NCBI GenBank assembly: GCA_963734545.1
Contig: CAVTHO010000006.1
Location: forward strand, 430,527-494,526
Length of the DNA: 64,000 bases
Direction: 5' to 3'
Source: an uncultured Spirochaetota bacterium
GTDB lineage: Bacteria; Spirochaetota; Spirochaetia; SZUA-6; Fen-1364
Shown here one piece after another: positions 1 to 10,654 of this stretch. Position 1 is the first letter of the stretch. Each line of letters begins with the position of its first letter. Made by a program: the position numbers and the translations under genes. The notes beneath the pieces are model-generated. The model was not told the DNA's origin. It was given only the letters and a program-made list of their open reading frames with translations, and did no database searches.

Positions 1-1175
1 CGGTTCTGCGGTGATCCTGCCTGCGCAAGGTACCGGCGCGCGGCAAAGGGATGCTCGAACAGGCCCATGCGGAGCTTTGTGCGCAGGATGCGGCGTACCG
101 CATCGTCGATGCGCTCCATGGGGACGGACCCTGCCCGCGCCTCGCTGAGAAGCGTTGCGGCGAACGCGCGGTAGTCGTCGGCGGCCATGAACACGTCGAT
201 GCCCGCGTTGACACCCGCGCGTACCTGCTCCGCGTACGCGCCGTTCAACTGGTTGATCCCCTTCCAGTCCGAGACCACGATGCCGTCGAATCCCATCTTC
301 TCCTTCAACAGGGTGGTGACGAGCCTCCGGTTCCCGTGCATCTTCTGTCCGTTCCAGGACGAGAAGGAGATCATGACGGACCCGACGCCCTGATCCAGCG
401 CCGCCTTGAACGGGGGGAGATGGACGGCCAGGAGCGTCTCTTCACTGCCCGCCGTGTCTCCCTGGTCCCGTCCGCCCTCTGTGCCGCCGTCCCCCAGGAA
501 ATGCTTGGCAGTGGCGAGCAGTGATGTCGGCAGGCCGGACGCGTCGCCCTGGTATCCCGCGATGAGGGAGGCCATGCTGCTGACAAGCTCCGTGTTCTCC
601 CCGAATGACTCGTAGGTCCTTCCCCACCTCTCGTCCTGGACCACGGCCAGGCAGGGAGAGAAAGTCCAGCGGATCCCGGTTCCCGCCATTTCGAGCGCCG
701 TGGCCCTGCCGATTTCCCGAACCAGGGCCGGGTCACGCGTGGCGCCGAGGCCGATATTGTGCGGGAAGATCGTTGTGCCGGTGGAGTGGCTGAAGCCGTG
801 TACGGAGTCCACGCCATAGAGCAGGGGAATTGCCAGGCGCGTGGTGAGAGCGATCCGCTGATATCTGTCGAACGCGTCCGCCCACCCCTCGGGGGTGTTC
901 GGTGAGGGCAGATCGTCCCCCCCGCTGAGGAGAGAACCGAGGGCGAGCGTTGCGACGTCCGCGGAATCCACGAGACTGCCCGCATTGGCCTGCGTCATCT
1001 GGCCGATTTTCTCCTCCAGGGTCATCCGCGCCAGGAGGTCCTCGACCCGGGCTTCCACCTGCAGCCGGGAGTCGAGGGAGAGACTTTTCGCGGTGACACA
1101 GGAACCGAGAAACGCGGCGGCGCTGATCGCGGCGAGCGCGAACACGGCGCGGGCCGCGGCGGACCTGAGGCGCAT
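1..1175 (-). CDS. GH3 beta-glucosidase/exo-glucanase, probable lipoprotein (3' end beyond left edge)
   Basis: Not in the ORF track because its stop lies outside the window. Manual translation from ATG 1175 gives MRLRSAAARAVFALAAISAAAFLGSC (lipobox-like), then LLARMTLEEKIGQMTQ, YGVDSVHG, IFPHNIGLGATRD, DERWGRTYESFGE, AKHFLGDGG and GFDGIVVSDW (GH3 nucleophile motif). Confidence 0.92.
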   Translation of the reverse strand, partial: MRLRSAAARAVFALAAISAAAFLGSCVTAKSLSLDSRLQVEARVEDLLARMTLEEKIGQMTQANAGSLVDSADVATLALGSLLSGGDDLPSPNTPEGWADAFDRYQRIALTTRLAIPLLYGVDSVHGFSHSTGTTIFPHNIGLGATRDPALVREIGRATALEMAGTGIRWTFSPCLAVVQDERWGRTYESFGENTELVSSMASLIAGYQGDASGLPTSLLATAKHFLGDGGTEGGRDQGDTAGSEETLLAVHLPPFKAALDQGVGSVMISFSSWNGQKMHGNRRLVTTLLKEKMGFDGIVVSDWKGINQLNGAYAEQVRAGVNAGIDVFMAADDYRAFAATLLSEARAGSVPMERIDDAVRRILRTKLRMGLFEHPFAARRYLAQAGSPQN

Positions 1176-1179
1176 GCCG

Positions 1180-2322
1180 TCAGTCCTCGGCAATGGTCGC
1201 TTCCCCGATCTCGGGAAGCGCAAACAGGCGGTCAAGGAACATGGCCGCCGCGCCGTACGCGACCACGAGCTCGCCCAGCTCGGAGAGCTCGATGGTGAGG
1301 TTTTTTTCTCCGTACGGCCAGTTTTTTTGTATCTCCCGCTCGAGGATCGGAATCAGGAGTCCCCGGTACTTCTCTATGCTGCCGCCGATGAACACGTGGG
1401 AGAGATCGAGCGTATTGACCAGCAGCGCCACGTTTCGTCCGAGCTCGGTCGCCACTTCCCTGAACGCCGCTTCGTCGTCGGCTGCCCTGCCCATCGTGTC
1501 GGAGGGGAGGGAGAACTGGCTCCTGGTCTCCGCCGTGCGAAACACGCTGCGGAATTCCCCCGCGGAGCTGCTTGCCCCGAGGTGGACCCGCCCGCTGATG
1601 ACGAGCCCCATGCCTACCGAAACGCCGCCGCCGTTGATGTCATCCACGCGTTCCTTGCGGAACTCCCCGAGGAGGAACAGAAAATCCCGCGGCCGCGCCT
1701 TGCGATTGCGGATGAGCTCCGCCCAGCAGCAGCAGTTTGCGTCATTGTCTATCCGCAGAGGAACCCCGAGAAGCCTTGCGCTGGATGAATAGAAGTCAAC
1801 AGGCGAAATAACGCCGAGCGGCAGGGACTGGCGGATGATGCCGCGCGCGGAGTCGATGATCCCTGACAGTCCCACCCCCACGCAGAGCAGCTCCAGGCCC
1901 CGCGCCTCGAGGTCGCGCGTGACCTCGCTCACGACATCCAGGAACACCGAGGGGACCAGCTTCCCTGCCGATGAAAGCGGCGCCGAGCGCGAGTAGACGA
2001 TCGTCCCGTCCAGATCGATTGCCACCGCGGTATAGCGCTCAGTCTGGATTTCCAGCCCGAGAACGCACCCGTAGGCTCGATTCACGGTCAGGAAGACGGG
2101 TTTCCGGCCTCCTTTCTGGCCGGCGTCCCCCTCCGCGGACTCCTCGATGATGCCGCGTTGAATGAGCTCGGCAACGATCTTTGTCACGGTTGATTTGTCC
2201 AGGCCAAGGGCGCTGGAAATGCCGCTTCTGCTCGCCCCGGGATTGGACCAGACAGCCCTCAACACTCGATGCAGATTGACAGGATCCTGATCTTTATTCA
2301 AAAGGAAGTCGATATTACTCAT
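1180..2322 (-). CDS. ROK-family transcriptional repressor (XylR/NagC-like)
   Basis: N-terminal HTH (SRSGISSALGLDKSTVTKIV), GGRKP linker, IDNDANC and SAGEF ROK motifs; divergent from the sugar ABC operon. Confidence 0.92.
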   Translation of the reverse strand: MSNIDFLLNKDQDPVNLHRVLRAVWSNPGASRSGISSALGLDKSTVTKIVAELIQRGIIEESAEGDAGQKGGRKPVFLTVNRAYGCVLGLEIQTERYTAVAIDLDGTIVYSRSAPLSSAGKLVPSVFLDVVSEVTRDLEARGLELLCVGVGLSGIIDSARGIIRQSLPLGVISPVDFYSSSARLLGVPLRIDNDANCCCWAELIRNRKARPRDFLFLLGEFRKERVDDINGGGVSVGMGLVISGRVHLGASSSAGEFRSVFRTAETRSQFSLPSDTMGRAADDEAAFREVATELGRNVALLVNTLDLSHVFIGGSIEKYRGLLIPILEREIQKNWPYGEKNLTIELSELGELVVAYGAAAMFLDRLFALPEIGEATIAED

Positions 2323-2323
2323 A

Positions 2324-2346
2324 GTAGATTTCTTCTATCAACCAAT
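2324..2346. promoter_or_regulatory. Putative ROK operator 1 (autoregulatory)
   Basis: Imperfect palindrome GTAGATT-N9-AACCAAT directly upstream of the ROK start; overlaps a minus-strand TTGCTA-17-TAGATT promoter. Confidence 0.55.
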
Positions 2347-2395
2347 CTATACGATGCCTGAGATAATAGCAATCCATAAAAAAGCAATATTTTTC

Positions 2396-2424
2396 TTGAC
2401 AAATCTTACTTCACGTGGTTTAAT
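2396..2424 (+). promoter_or_regulatory. sigma70-type promoter of the ABC/GH94 operon
   Basis: TTGACA (2396-2401), 17-bp spacer, TGnTTTAAT (-10 at 2419-2424). Confidence 0.75.
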
Positions 2425-2426
2425 AC

Positions 2427-2449
2427 GTTGGTTTAGAGAATCAATCAAC
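2427..2449. promoter_or_regulatory. Putative ROK operator 2
   Basis: GTTGGTT-N9-AATCAAC palindrome (1 mismatch) over the predicted transcription start; XylR-box-like geometry. Confidence 0.65.
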
Positions 2450-2471
2450 TTTATTCGGTCAGGGGTGGAAA

Positions 2472-3422
2472 ATGGCAGATGCCCTTACGGGGGCCAGGAT
2501 CCTCGGCAGGCCAGGTAAAATAAGGCGCCGCATCAATCTCCCTCTCCTTAGCATGCTCCTGCCGGGAACGCTGGCGCTGCTGCTGTTCAGCTACGTGCCC
2601 ATGGCCGGAATCGTAATTGCATTCAAGGACATCAACTACGTAAAGGGCATTCTCGGAAGCCCCTGGATCGGCTTCAAGAACTTCGAGTTCTTCATGAAGA
2701 CCCCGGATGCATGGCTGATTACGCGGAATGCCATTCTCTACAATGCGGCGTTTATTGTCCTGGGCACAATCGCAGCGGTGGGGGTGGCGGTGCTCCTGGA
2801 CGGGCTCCGGACCAAGAAGACGTCCCGGTTCTACCAGGGGGTCATGTTTCTCCCGTACTTCTTTTCCTGGATCGTCATCAGCACCCTGGTATTCTCCTTC
2901 CTCTCCACGGACCTTGGATTCTTCAACAAGGTGCTTTTTCCCGCGCTCGGCATCCCCACGGTCAACTGGTACATCGAGCCGGTGTACTGGCCTTTCATCA
3001 TCGTCTTTACCAACCTGTGGAAGTATACGGGCTACGGCAGCGTGGTATACCTTGCCGCCATTGCGGGCATAGATCAAAACTGCTTCGAGGCCGCTGCGCT
3101 GGACGGGGCGAGCCGCTGGCAGACCGTCCGTCATGTGATGATCCCCCTGATCTCCTACCTCATCATCATACAGGTCATGCTCCAGATCGGCCGCCTGTTC
3201 TACTCGGATTTCGGGCTTTTCTACCAGGTGCCGCAGAACATGGGGCCCCTGTTCCCGGCAACGAACGTCATCGACACGTACGTGTACCGCACGCTCGTCA
3301 ATGTGGGCGACATAGGCATGTCGGCGGCCGCGGGTCTCTACCAGTCCGCGGTCGGCTTTGTCCTGGTCCTGGCGTCGAACCTCGTGGTCCGCAGGATCGA
3401 TCCGGAGAAGAGTCTCTTTTAG
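2472..3422 (+). CDS. Carbohydrate ABC transporter permease (LplB-like)
   Basis: Hydrophobic helices, SPWIGFKNFEFF, EAAALDGASRWQ (EAA loop). Confidence 0.93.
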   Translation: MADALTGARILGRPGKIRRRINLPLLSMLLPGTLALLLFSYVPMAGIVIAFKDINYVKGILGSPWIGFKNFEFFMKTPDAWLITRNAILYNAAFIVLGTIAAVGVAVLLDGLRTKKTSRFYQGVMFLPYFFSWIVISTLVFSFLSTDLGFFNKVLFPALGIPTVNWYIEPVYWPFIIVFTNLWKYTGYGSVVYLAAIAGIDQNCFEAAALDGASRWQTVRHVMIPLISYLIIIQVMLQIGRLFYSDFGLFYQVPQNMGPLFPATNVIDTYVYRTLVNVGDIGMSAAAGLYQSAVGFVLVLASNLVVRRIDPEKSLF

Positions 3423-3429
3423 CGAGGAT

Positions 3430-4356
3430 ATGAACAGCATGGAGCGCATGACGCTGACCCGCAAATTGATGAAGTTCGGCTCGACAGGGCAGATCGTCAC
3501 TCACCTTCTCTTCATCTTCATAGTCGTGCTCTGCCTCTACCCGCTCGCTCTGGTCATCGGGATATCGTTCTCCGACGAGACCTCCCTCGCCATCAACGGA
3601 TTCAAGCTCGTGCCGCTGAAGACGAGCCTCAACGCGTACACCTTTGTGCTGAAGGAAAGCGACGCAATCCTCAGGGCCTACGGTGTGACCCTCCTCGTGA
3701 CGCTCATGGGCACCGTGGCGAGTACGCTCGTGATCGCCCTGTATGCCTACGCATTGTCCCGCAAGGACTTCCGCGGCCGGAAATTCTTCTCCTTCCTGGC
3801 ATTCTTCACTCTCCTGTTTTCCGGCGGCCTCGTGCCCTGGTACGTGCTGTGCGTGAACGTCCTCCATTTGAGAAACAATATCTGGGCGCTGTTCCTTCCG
3901 TACCTGATGAACGCCTGGTACGTGCTCATCATGCGGACATTCTACAAGACGAATGTTCCCGACTCGATCGTCGAGTCCGCCAAGATGGACGGCGCCGGCG
4001 AGTACACGATCTTCTTCAGAATCGTGGTGCACCTGGCAAAGCCCGGGCTGGCCACGATAGCCCTGTTCAACACGATCGTGTTCTGGAACGACTGGTGGCT
4101 CCCGCTCATGCTGGTGAACGACCCGAAGTGGTTCAACCTGCAGTTCCTCATGTACAGGGTCCAGAGCAATATCCAGTACCTCTCGAGCATGGCGGGAAAC
4201 ATCAGCGGAGTATCGGCGGACATCCTCAAGAGGCTCCCGTCGCGCTCCGCCCAGATGGCCATGTGCATCCTGTCCATCGGCCCCATCATCCTGGCGTATC
4301 CGTTCTTCCAGAAGTATTTCGTCAAGGGCATCACGATCGGTTCTTTAAAGGAGTAG
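3430..4356 (+). CDS. Carbohydrate ABC transporter permease 2
   Basis: ESAKMDGAGE EAA loop, WNDW, YPFFQKYFVKGITIGSLKE C-terminus; start estimated at ATG 3430. Confidence 0.93.
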   Translation: MNSMERMTLTRKLMKFGSTGQIVTHLLFIFIVVLCLYPLALVIGISFSDETSLAINGFKLVPLKTSLNAYTFVLKESDAILRAYGVTLLVTLMGTVASTLVIALYAYALSRKDFRGRKFFSFLAFFTLLFSGGLVPWYVLCVNVLHLRNNIWALFLPYLMNAWYVLIMRTFYKTNVPDSIVESAKMDGAGEYTIFFRIVVHLAKPGLATIALFNTIVFWNDWWLPLMLVNDPKWFNLQFLMYRVQSNIQYLSSMAGNISGVSADILKRLPSRSAQMAMCILSIGPIILAYPFFQKYFVKGITIGSLKE

Positions 4357-4413
4357 GCAAAGCCGGCCCGGTCGGCGGGCCGGATGCCATATATCACAAG
4401 AGGAGGTCTTGAG

Positions 4414-5892
4414 ATGAACAAAGGGATCCGATACCTGCTCGTGGCGCTTTTCGCCATCGCAGCAGCGGGCCTTGCCTTCGGGTCAGGCGGGGGTGAACAG
4501 GGCGCCGTGACGGGCAAAACGCCCATTACGCTCACCTGGTACTACGTCGGCGGTGGACCGCAGAAGGACAACGCGCTGGTCGAGGCTGCAGCAACCAAGT
4601 ACGTCCAGAGCAAGGGCCTGAATGCGAACATCAAGCTCGTGTGCTTCGACTGGGGCACCTACAACCAGAAGCTGCAGACGATCATCGCCGGGCAGGAAGA
4701 GTTCGACATCTGCTTCACGGCGACCTGGATCAACAACTACAGGAACAACGTGGCCCGCGGCGCATTCCTGCCCTTGAATGATCTGCTTGCCAAGTACGCC
4801 CCCAAGACAAAGGCACTGCTGGGAGATTCCTTCCTCGCGGGCTCCGCGATCGAAGGGGTGAACTACGCCATCCCGGCGAACAAGGAAAAGGCCCACAACT
4901 GGGGCTTCCTCCTTCGCAAGGACCTTGTGGCCAAGTACAACATGGACACGAGCAAGATCAAGAAGCTTGAGGACCTCGAGCCCCTGCTGAAGGTCATCAA
5001 GGACAAAGAGCCGGGCATGTATCCCCTCGAGGCCATCGTGGGCGAATCCCCCCGGTTCCTCCTGGACTGGGACAAGATGGTGGATGACGACATCCCCGTC
5101 TCCCTGTACCCGGACAACAGGTCCACCAAGGTCGTCTTCGAGCTGGAGGCGCCCGAGACCAAGGCCCTGTTCAAGACAATCAACAAGTTCTACAACGCCG
5201 GCTTCATCCGCAAGGACGCAGCGGCAATCACGGACTACCTGGCCGACGAGAAGGCGGGCCTCATCTTCGCCGCCACCAAGTCCCTGAAGCCGGGCAAGGA
5301 CGCCGAGATGGCCAGCTCCACCGGCCAGCAGTGGATGCAGATCGACATCACTCCCCCCGTCATGTCCAACCGCGAGACGGTCGGCTCGCTGCAGGCGATC
5401 TCCCATACGTCGAAGAACCCCGCGGCAGCAATGGCCTTCCTCGAGCTCTTCAACACGGACAAGTACCTCAACAACCTGATCAACTACGGTATCGAGGGCA
5501 CCCACTACGTGAAGGTGAGCGACAACATGATCAAGGCGGGACCGTCAATCGACCAGTACAACCTCGGCATGGGCTGGATGTTCGGGAACCAGTTCCTGAA
5601 CTACCTCAACTCCAACGAGGATCCCAAGAAGTGGGAGAAGTTCGTTGCCTACAACAAGGCGGCTATTCCCCTGAAGAGCCTCGGCTTCTCCTTCGATCCC
5701 ACCCCTGTGAAGACCGAAGTCGCCACCGCCAAGGGCGTGTGGACAGAGTACATGCCTGCCCTGGAGACCGGCACCGTGGATCCGGACAAGGGCATGGTAG
5801 ATGCAATCGCCAAGTACAAGGCGGTCGGAATCGACAGGATCATGGCCGAAGTCCAGAAGCAGTACGACGCCTGGCTCGCAAAGAAAAAGTAA
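4414..5892 (+). CDS. Sugar ABC substrate-binding protein (DUF3502-type C-terminus)
   Basis: AGGAGG RBS, signal peptide, NLINYGIEGTHY, GFSFDPTPVK, GIDRIMAEVQKQYDAW. Confidence 0.9.
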   Translation: MNKGIRYLLVALFAIAAAGLAFGSGGGEQGAVTGKTPITLTWYYVGGGPQKDNALVEAAATKYVQSKGLNANIKLVCFDWGTYNQKLQTIIAGQEEFDICFTATWINNYRNNVARGAFLPLNDLLAKYAPKTKALLGDSFLAGSAIEGVNYAIPANKEKAHNWGFLLRKDLVAKYNMDTSKIKKLEDLEPLLKVIKDKEPGMYPLEAIVGESPRFLLDWDKMVDDDIPVSLYPDNRSTKVVFELEAPETKALFKTINKFYNAGFIRKDAAAITDYLADEKAGLIFAATKSLKPGKDAEMASSTGQQWMQIDITPPVMSNRETVGSLQAISHTSKNPAAAMAFLELFNTDKYLNNLINYGIEGTHYVKVSDNMIKAGPSIDQYNLGMGWMFGNQFLNYLNSNEDPKKWEKFVAYNKAAIPLKSLGFSFDPTPVKTEVATAKGVWTEYMPALETGTVDPDKGMVDAIAKYKAVGIDRIMAEVQKQYDAWLAKKK

Positions 5893-5906
5893 CGAGTGAC
5901 TCGAGA

Positions 5907-5956
5907 CGCGTTCCCTCGGGAACGCGCCAGACCCGCGCCCCCGCAGGGGGCGCGGG
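5907..5956 (+). terminator. Two GC-rich stem-loops after the SBP gene (mRNA stabiliser or partial terminator)
   Basis: CGCGTTCC-CTCG-GGAACGCG (5907-5926) and CCCGCGCCCCC-GCA-GGGGGCGCGGG (5932-5956); no U-tract. Confidence 0.55.
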
Positions 5957-5991
5957 ATCCTTATCCCCCCGCCGATTCTTTGGAGGCTGTG

Positions 5992-8451
5992 ATGAGCTAT
6001 GGGCATTTCGATGACGCGGTGCGAGAATACGTCATCACGCGGCCGGACACTCCCTGGCCGTGGATCAACTATCTGGGAAGCGAGGATTTCTTCTCCCTCA
6101 TCTCCAATGCCGGAGGCGGGTATTCGTTCCATAAAGATGCGCGCCTGCGCAGGCTCACGCGCTACCGCTACAATGACGTGCCGCTGGACGCGAACGGCCG
6201 GCTGTTCTACATCAAGGACGGCGCGACCGCCTGGAACCCCGGATGGCGCCCCACGCGCACGGACCTGGAATCCTACGAGTGCCGGCACGGCATGGGATAC
6301 ACGCGGATCCAGTCCCGACGGGAGGGCATAGAGGCCGGGCTTCTCTTTTTTGTGCCCCGGGGCGCGGACTGCGAGGTACAACGCCTCGTGCTGAAGAACG
6401 TGTCGAAGACCAGGCGGAAGATGGCGGTCTTCGCTCTCACCGAGTTCTGCCTCTGGAACGCGCTCGACGACATGACCAACTTCCAGCGCAACCTCTCCAC
6501 GGGCGAGGTTGAGGTGGAGGGGAGCGCGATCTATCACATCACGGAATACCGCGAGAGGCGCAACCACTACGCGTTCTATGCGGTGAACGCTCCCGTGGCA
6601 GGATTCGATACCGACAGAGAAAGCTTCACGGGGCGCTACGACGGATTCGAGAATCCCGCCGCCGTTGCGCGCGGCCGCCTCTCCAATACGAAGGCGGCCG
6701 GATGGTCTCCCGTCGCCGCGTTTCATCTGGATGTCGACCTCGCGCCCGGTGAGGAACGAAGCTTCGTGTTCGTCCTGGGGTACATTGAAAATCCTGACGA
6801 GGAGAAATGGGCCGGTCCGGGGGTCGTCAACAAGAGCCGGGCCCGCGCGCTTGCGGCCCGTTTCGATACGGATGCGAAGGTGGACAGCGAGCTCGGCGCG
6901 CTGCGGGACTATTGGACCGATCTGCTGTCCCGCTTCTCCGTTGCCTCCGGTGATGAGCGGCTCGACCGGATGGTGAACATCTGGAACCAGTACCAGTGCA
7001 TGACCACGTGCAACATGGCGCGCAGCGCGAGCTATTTCGAAAGCGGCATTGGAAGAGGCATCGGATTCCGCGATACGAGCCAGGACCTTCTGGGCTGCAT
7101 GCACCAGGTGCCTGCGCGGGCGCGTCAGCGTCTCTTCGACGTTGCCTCCACTCAGCGCGAGGATGGCGGCGCCTGGCACCAGTACCAGCCGCTCACCAAG
7201 CGCGGAAACGCCGATGTCGGAGACGGCTTCAACGACGACCCGCTATGGCTGATCCTCGGCGTGGCGGGATACCTCAAGGAAACCGGTGACTGGGCATTTC
7301 TGGACGAGCAGGTTCCCTTCGACAACAACCCGTCCTGCATGGGATCCCTGTTCGAGCATCTGGCCAGGTCATTCTCGCATGTGCTGAACAACCTGGGGCC
7401 CCATGGCCTGCCGCTCATCGGGCACGCCGACTGGAATGACTGTCTCAACCTCAATTCCTTCTCTACGGACCCCAATGAGTCGTTTCAGACTGCCACCTCG
7501 CGGGACGGACGCACCGCCGAGTCGACAATGATTGCGGGCATGTTCGTGCTGATCGGGCGGGATTTCGTGGAGATCTGCCGACGCACGGGCCGGGAGGCGG
7601 AGGCCCGGGCCGCGGAGGAGCAGATCGCGCGCATGCGCCGGACGATCCTCACGCACGCATGGGACGGCGAGTGGTTCCTCCGCGCGTATGACGACGGCGG
7701 CGGCAAGGTCGGCTCCCGCGCGTGCGAGGACGGGCGCATCTTCATCGAATCTAATGCGTTCTGCTCTATGGCGGAGATCGGAAGCGAAACCGGTTACCCC
7801 ATCCAGGCGCTCGATTCAGTCAGGAAACACCTGGACACCCGGTACGGCATCGTCATTCATGATCCCCCGTATCGCGGCTATCACGTCGAGCTGGGAGAAG
7901 TCTCCTCGTATCCGCCGGGGTACAAGGAGAACGGGGGCGTGTTCTGCCACAACAACCCCTGGATCATGATCGCCGAATGCATTGCGGGGAGACCCGAGCG
8001 GGCTTTCGAATACTATCGGAAGATCAGTCCCGCCTACCTGGACGACATCCAGGAGCTGCACCGCATGGAACCGTACGTCTATTCCCAGATGATAGCGGGA
8101 AAGGCGGCGCAGCGTCCGGGGGAGGCGAAGAACTCGTGGCTGACGGGGACCGCGGCCTGGAGTTTCATTGCCGTCACGCAGTGGATCCTCGGCGTCCGTG
8201 CCGAGTTCGACGGTCTTCGGTTCGAGCCCAGCCTGCCGAAGGCGCTGCAGAAAATCGAGATCACCCGGCTGTTCCGGGGCTGCCGCTACCGGATCAGCAT
8301 CCACAACAGGGGACGCGCGCGGGCGGACCAGAAGGTCAGCGTGGACGGGGTGGAAATTCCGACTCGGGTGGTCCCGCCGGGAAGTACCGGGCGCCGAGAT
8401 CCGCGTGCGCGTGGAGGCCTGAAGCGGATCAGTCGCCGACGGACTGATTGA
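5992..8451 (+). CDS. cbp: Cellobiose phosphorylase (GH94); true stop probably 8422 (apparent frameshift near 8390)
   Basis: [93 protein letters not shown]. Confidence 0.9.
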   Translation: MSYGHFDDAVREYVITRPDTPWPWINYLGSEDFFSLISNAGGGYSFHKDARLRRLTRYRYNDVPLDANGRLFYIKDGATAWNPGWRPTRTDLESYECRHGMGYTRIQSRREGIEAGLLFFVPRGADCEVQRLVLKNVSKTRRKMAVFALTEFCLWNALDDMTNFQRNLSTGEVEVEGSAIYHITEYRERRNHYAFYAVNAPVAGFDTDRESFTGRYDGFENPAAVARGRLSNTKAAGWSPVAAFHLDVDLAPGEERSFVFVLGYIENPDEEKWAGPGVVNKSRARALAARFDTDAKVDSELGALRDYWTDLLSRFSVASGDERLDRMVNIWNQYQCMTTCNMARSASYFESGIGRGIGFRDTSQDLLGCMHQVPARARQRLFDVASTQREDGGAWHQYQPLTKRGNADVGDGFNDDPLWLILGVAGYLKETGDWAFLDEQVPFDNNPSCMGSLFEHLARSFSHVLNNLGPHGLPLIGHADWNDCLNLNSFSTDPNESFQTATSRDGRTAESTMIAGMFVLIGRDFVEICRRTGREAEARAAEEQIARMRRTILTHAWDGEWFLRAYDDGGGKVGSRACEDGRIFIESNAFCSMAEIGSETGYPIQALDSVRKHLDTRYGIVIHDPPYRGYHVELGEVSSYPPGYKENGGVFCHNNPWIMIAECIAGRPERAFEYYRKISPAYLDDIQELHRMEPYVYSQMIAGKAAQRPGEAKNSWLTGTAAWSFIAVTQWILGVRAEFDGLRFEPSLPKALQKIEITRLFRGCRYRISIHNRGRARADQKVSVDGVEIPTRVVPPGSTGRRDPRARGGLKRISRRRTD

Positions 8452-9052
8452 TGAAGATCAGGGTGAGCGTGCGGTTCAGGAAAGCCGCTTCCTGCTGAAT
8501 GATGAGAAGCTTGCCGATGCCGCTGCCCATGCGGCCCCCGGTCGACTCTCTCATCCGCTTGTCCTCGTGCGGCAGCACGTATTCCCGCACGCGCCGGATG
8601 CCGTCTTCCAGGGTGGGGGTGATTTTCTGGGCCCCCACGATCCATATGACGTGGGAGCTTGTGAACGCATAGGGGCCCAATTGGCTGCCGGTCAGGCTTG
8701 CAATGACCAGCTCCCCTGTCTGAGACACGGCGTGGACGCTTCCCAGGAAATAGTCCGCCAGGACCCCCTGCTTGCGCAAAAGGGCCTGCTTCACGGGATC
8801 CTTTTCCGCTACGATCGCGGCTTTCAGATTTCGCCACGGGTGATTGTTCGAGACAAGCAGTTCCTCGAATCCGATTTCTTTGAGCGAGAGGGATGCTCCG
8901 GTCATGACCGAGGAGCCCGCCGGAATGAGGTTCTGCACCCGGGCGAGCGCCTGCTCTTTCGTATCGACGAGCAGAGCGGTGATCCCGTGCGCCAGAAGGG
9001 CGTCCATGGTTTTCCGGATCTGGTCGGCCGTGGCGAGGGTAGAGAACTGCAA
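8429..9052 (-). CDS. LUD-domain (lactate utilisation LutC/YkgG-like) protein
   Basis: [28 protein letters not shown] motifs; AAGGAGG RBS 8 nt before an in-frame TTG at 9052. Confidence 0.75.
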   Translation of the reverse strand: MQFSTLATADQIRKTMDALLAHGITALLVDTKEQALARVQNLIPAGSSVMTGASLSLKEIGFEELLVSNNHPWRNLKAAIVAEKDPVKQALLRKQGVLADYFLGSVHAVSQTGELVIASLTGSQLGPYAFTSSHVIWIVGAQKITPTLEDGIRRVREYVLPHEDKRMRESTGGRMGSGIGKLLIIQQEAAFLNRTLTLIFINQSVGD

Positions 9053-9149
9053 GAGAGGTGCCTCCTTGACGGCGCGGTGCGCCGCATCCACTTAAAAGGA
9101 TATATCGATCAATTTGATTAAGCAAGTCTTCTGCCGATACAATGAGAGG

Positions 9150-9467
9150 ATGAGAGAATCAGGCGCAAGGGAGCCGCATGACGGTCACTGCCAGGCGGCC
9201 GTGCTCCGGCTGCTGGGGGACTACACGACCCTGCGCATCATCGATTTCCTGCGGTTCGGCGAGATGCGCTTCACGGAGCTCCAGCGGGCCATCGGCGACG
9301 TCAATCCTGTCACTCTTACCAGCCGCCTGAAGCGGCTCGAGGCGATGAAGATTGTCGAACGCGCCGAGGCGACCTTGAACAGGCAGTCCGTCACGTACAA
9401 GCTGAGCGCGCGGGGGGGGAGGCTGCTGCCGGTCCTGCGGGAAATTCAGAACTTTTCGAACGGATAA
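9150..9467 (+). CDS. HxlR-family winged-helix regulator
   Basis: C..AVLRLLGD, RFTELQRAIGDVNPVTLTSRLKRLE, VTYKLS..G..LLPVL. Confidence 0.88.
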   Translation: MRESGAREPHDGHCQAAVLRLLGDYTTLRIIDFLRFGEMRFTELQRAIGDVNPVTLTSRLKRLEAMKIVERAEATLNRQSVTYKLSARGGRLLPVLREIQNFSNG

Positions 9468-9588
9468 ACCGTTCGCCCGGCGGCATGCGCCTCTGGATGT
9501 TTTCCTTGCGTTTTAATATCCTCTGGGTGGCGAACGGGAGGGCGGCCAAAATCTATGGACAGGGAAAGAATAGTCTAGGCAAGAGAAA

Positions 9589-10647
9589 ATGGAACGCGTC
9601 CTGGTTACCGGTGCAAACGGATTTATCGGTTCGAATGTCTGCGCGTACTTCCTCGAGCGCTCCTACGAGGTCTACGGGCTCGTGCGGGAGACATCCGACC
9701 TGCACTTTCTCGAAGGTCTCCCCGTGAAACTGATCCGCGGTGACCTGACGCGCGCGGCCTCCATCCCCTTTCCCGCCGGTCTCGATTTCATCATTCACGC
9801 GGCGTCTCTCGTGTCGGACACTCTTCCCAGCGACGTGATCGAGCGGAACATCTTCGACACCACGCGGAACCTGGTCAATGCCCTCGAGGAGAGGGGAATC
9901 CGGCTCAAGCGGTTCGTCCAGATCTCCACCTCTCTCGTGCTCGGCTACAAGGCCCTCAACATCTCCGAGGAGAGGCCGGGAAGATCCGCCCGGCACCTGC
10001 CCTATGCCCGGGCAAAGGAGATGACCGAGGAGTTCCTGCGGGACCATCATCGGAAGACCGGGTTCCCGGTCGTTATTCTCCGGCCTGCCGACGTGTTCGG
10101 GCCGAATGACCGGACCTCAAGCCTGCGCGTGCTGGACGCCATTGAAAGGGGCTGGCCCGCCATCGCGGGGACCGGGAACCGGATCTTCGGATACTGCTAT
10201 GTCGCCAATCTCGCCTCGGTGTGCCACCTCGTGTGCCAGATGCGGGGCACCGACGGCAGCGCGTACACGGTCACCAATGGCCAGGACGTCACGTGGCGGG
10301 AGTTCCTCGGGATGTTCCAGGTTGCGCTGGACAAGAAACAGCGCATTTACGTCCCCGTCGTCGTGGCGTACGCCATCGCGCTGTGCATGCAGCTCCTGCA
10401 CGCGGTCATCCCTTCATTCGACGCGCTGCTCACTTTCTACCGGATCAGCCGGGTCGCCAACAACTCCAGCTACGACATCACGAGGACCGTCAACGAGCTG
10501 GGGTATCAACCGGATGTCGATATCGAAGCGCAGGCACGGTCCATCGTCGCCTGGTACCTCAGGGAAAAAGCCTCCGGGTACGTGGACGACGTTCTTCACA
10601 GTCGCTCCTGGCGGGATTCTTTCGTGAAGCGGCGGATCGAAAGGTAG
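9589..10647 (+). CDS. NAD-dependent epimerase/dehydratase (3-beta-HSD-like extended SDR)
   Basis: VLVTGANGFIG, YARAK (YxxxK), LRPADVFGPND. Confidence 0.88.
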   Translation: MERVLVTGANGFIGSNVCAYFLERSYEVYGLVRETSDLHFLEGLPVKLIRGDLTRAASIPFPAGLDFIIHAASLVSDTLPSDVIERNIFDTTRNLVNALEERGIRLKRFVQISTSLVLGYKALNISEERPGRSARHLPYARAKEMTEEFLRDHHRKTGFPVVILRPADVFGPNDRTSSLRVLDAIERGWPAIAGTGNRIFGYCYVANLASVCHLVCQMRGTDGSAYTVTNGQDVTWREFLGMFQVALDKKQRIYVPVVVAYAIALCMQLLHAVIPSFDALLTFYRISRVANNSSYDITRTVNELGYQPDVDIEAQARSIVAWYLREKASGYVDDVLHSRSWRDSFVKRRIER

Positions 10648-10654
10648 CGAAGGG

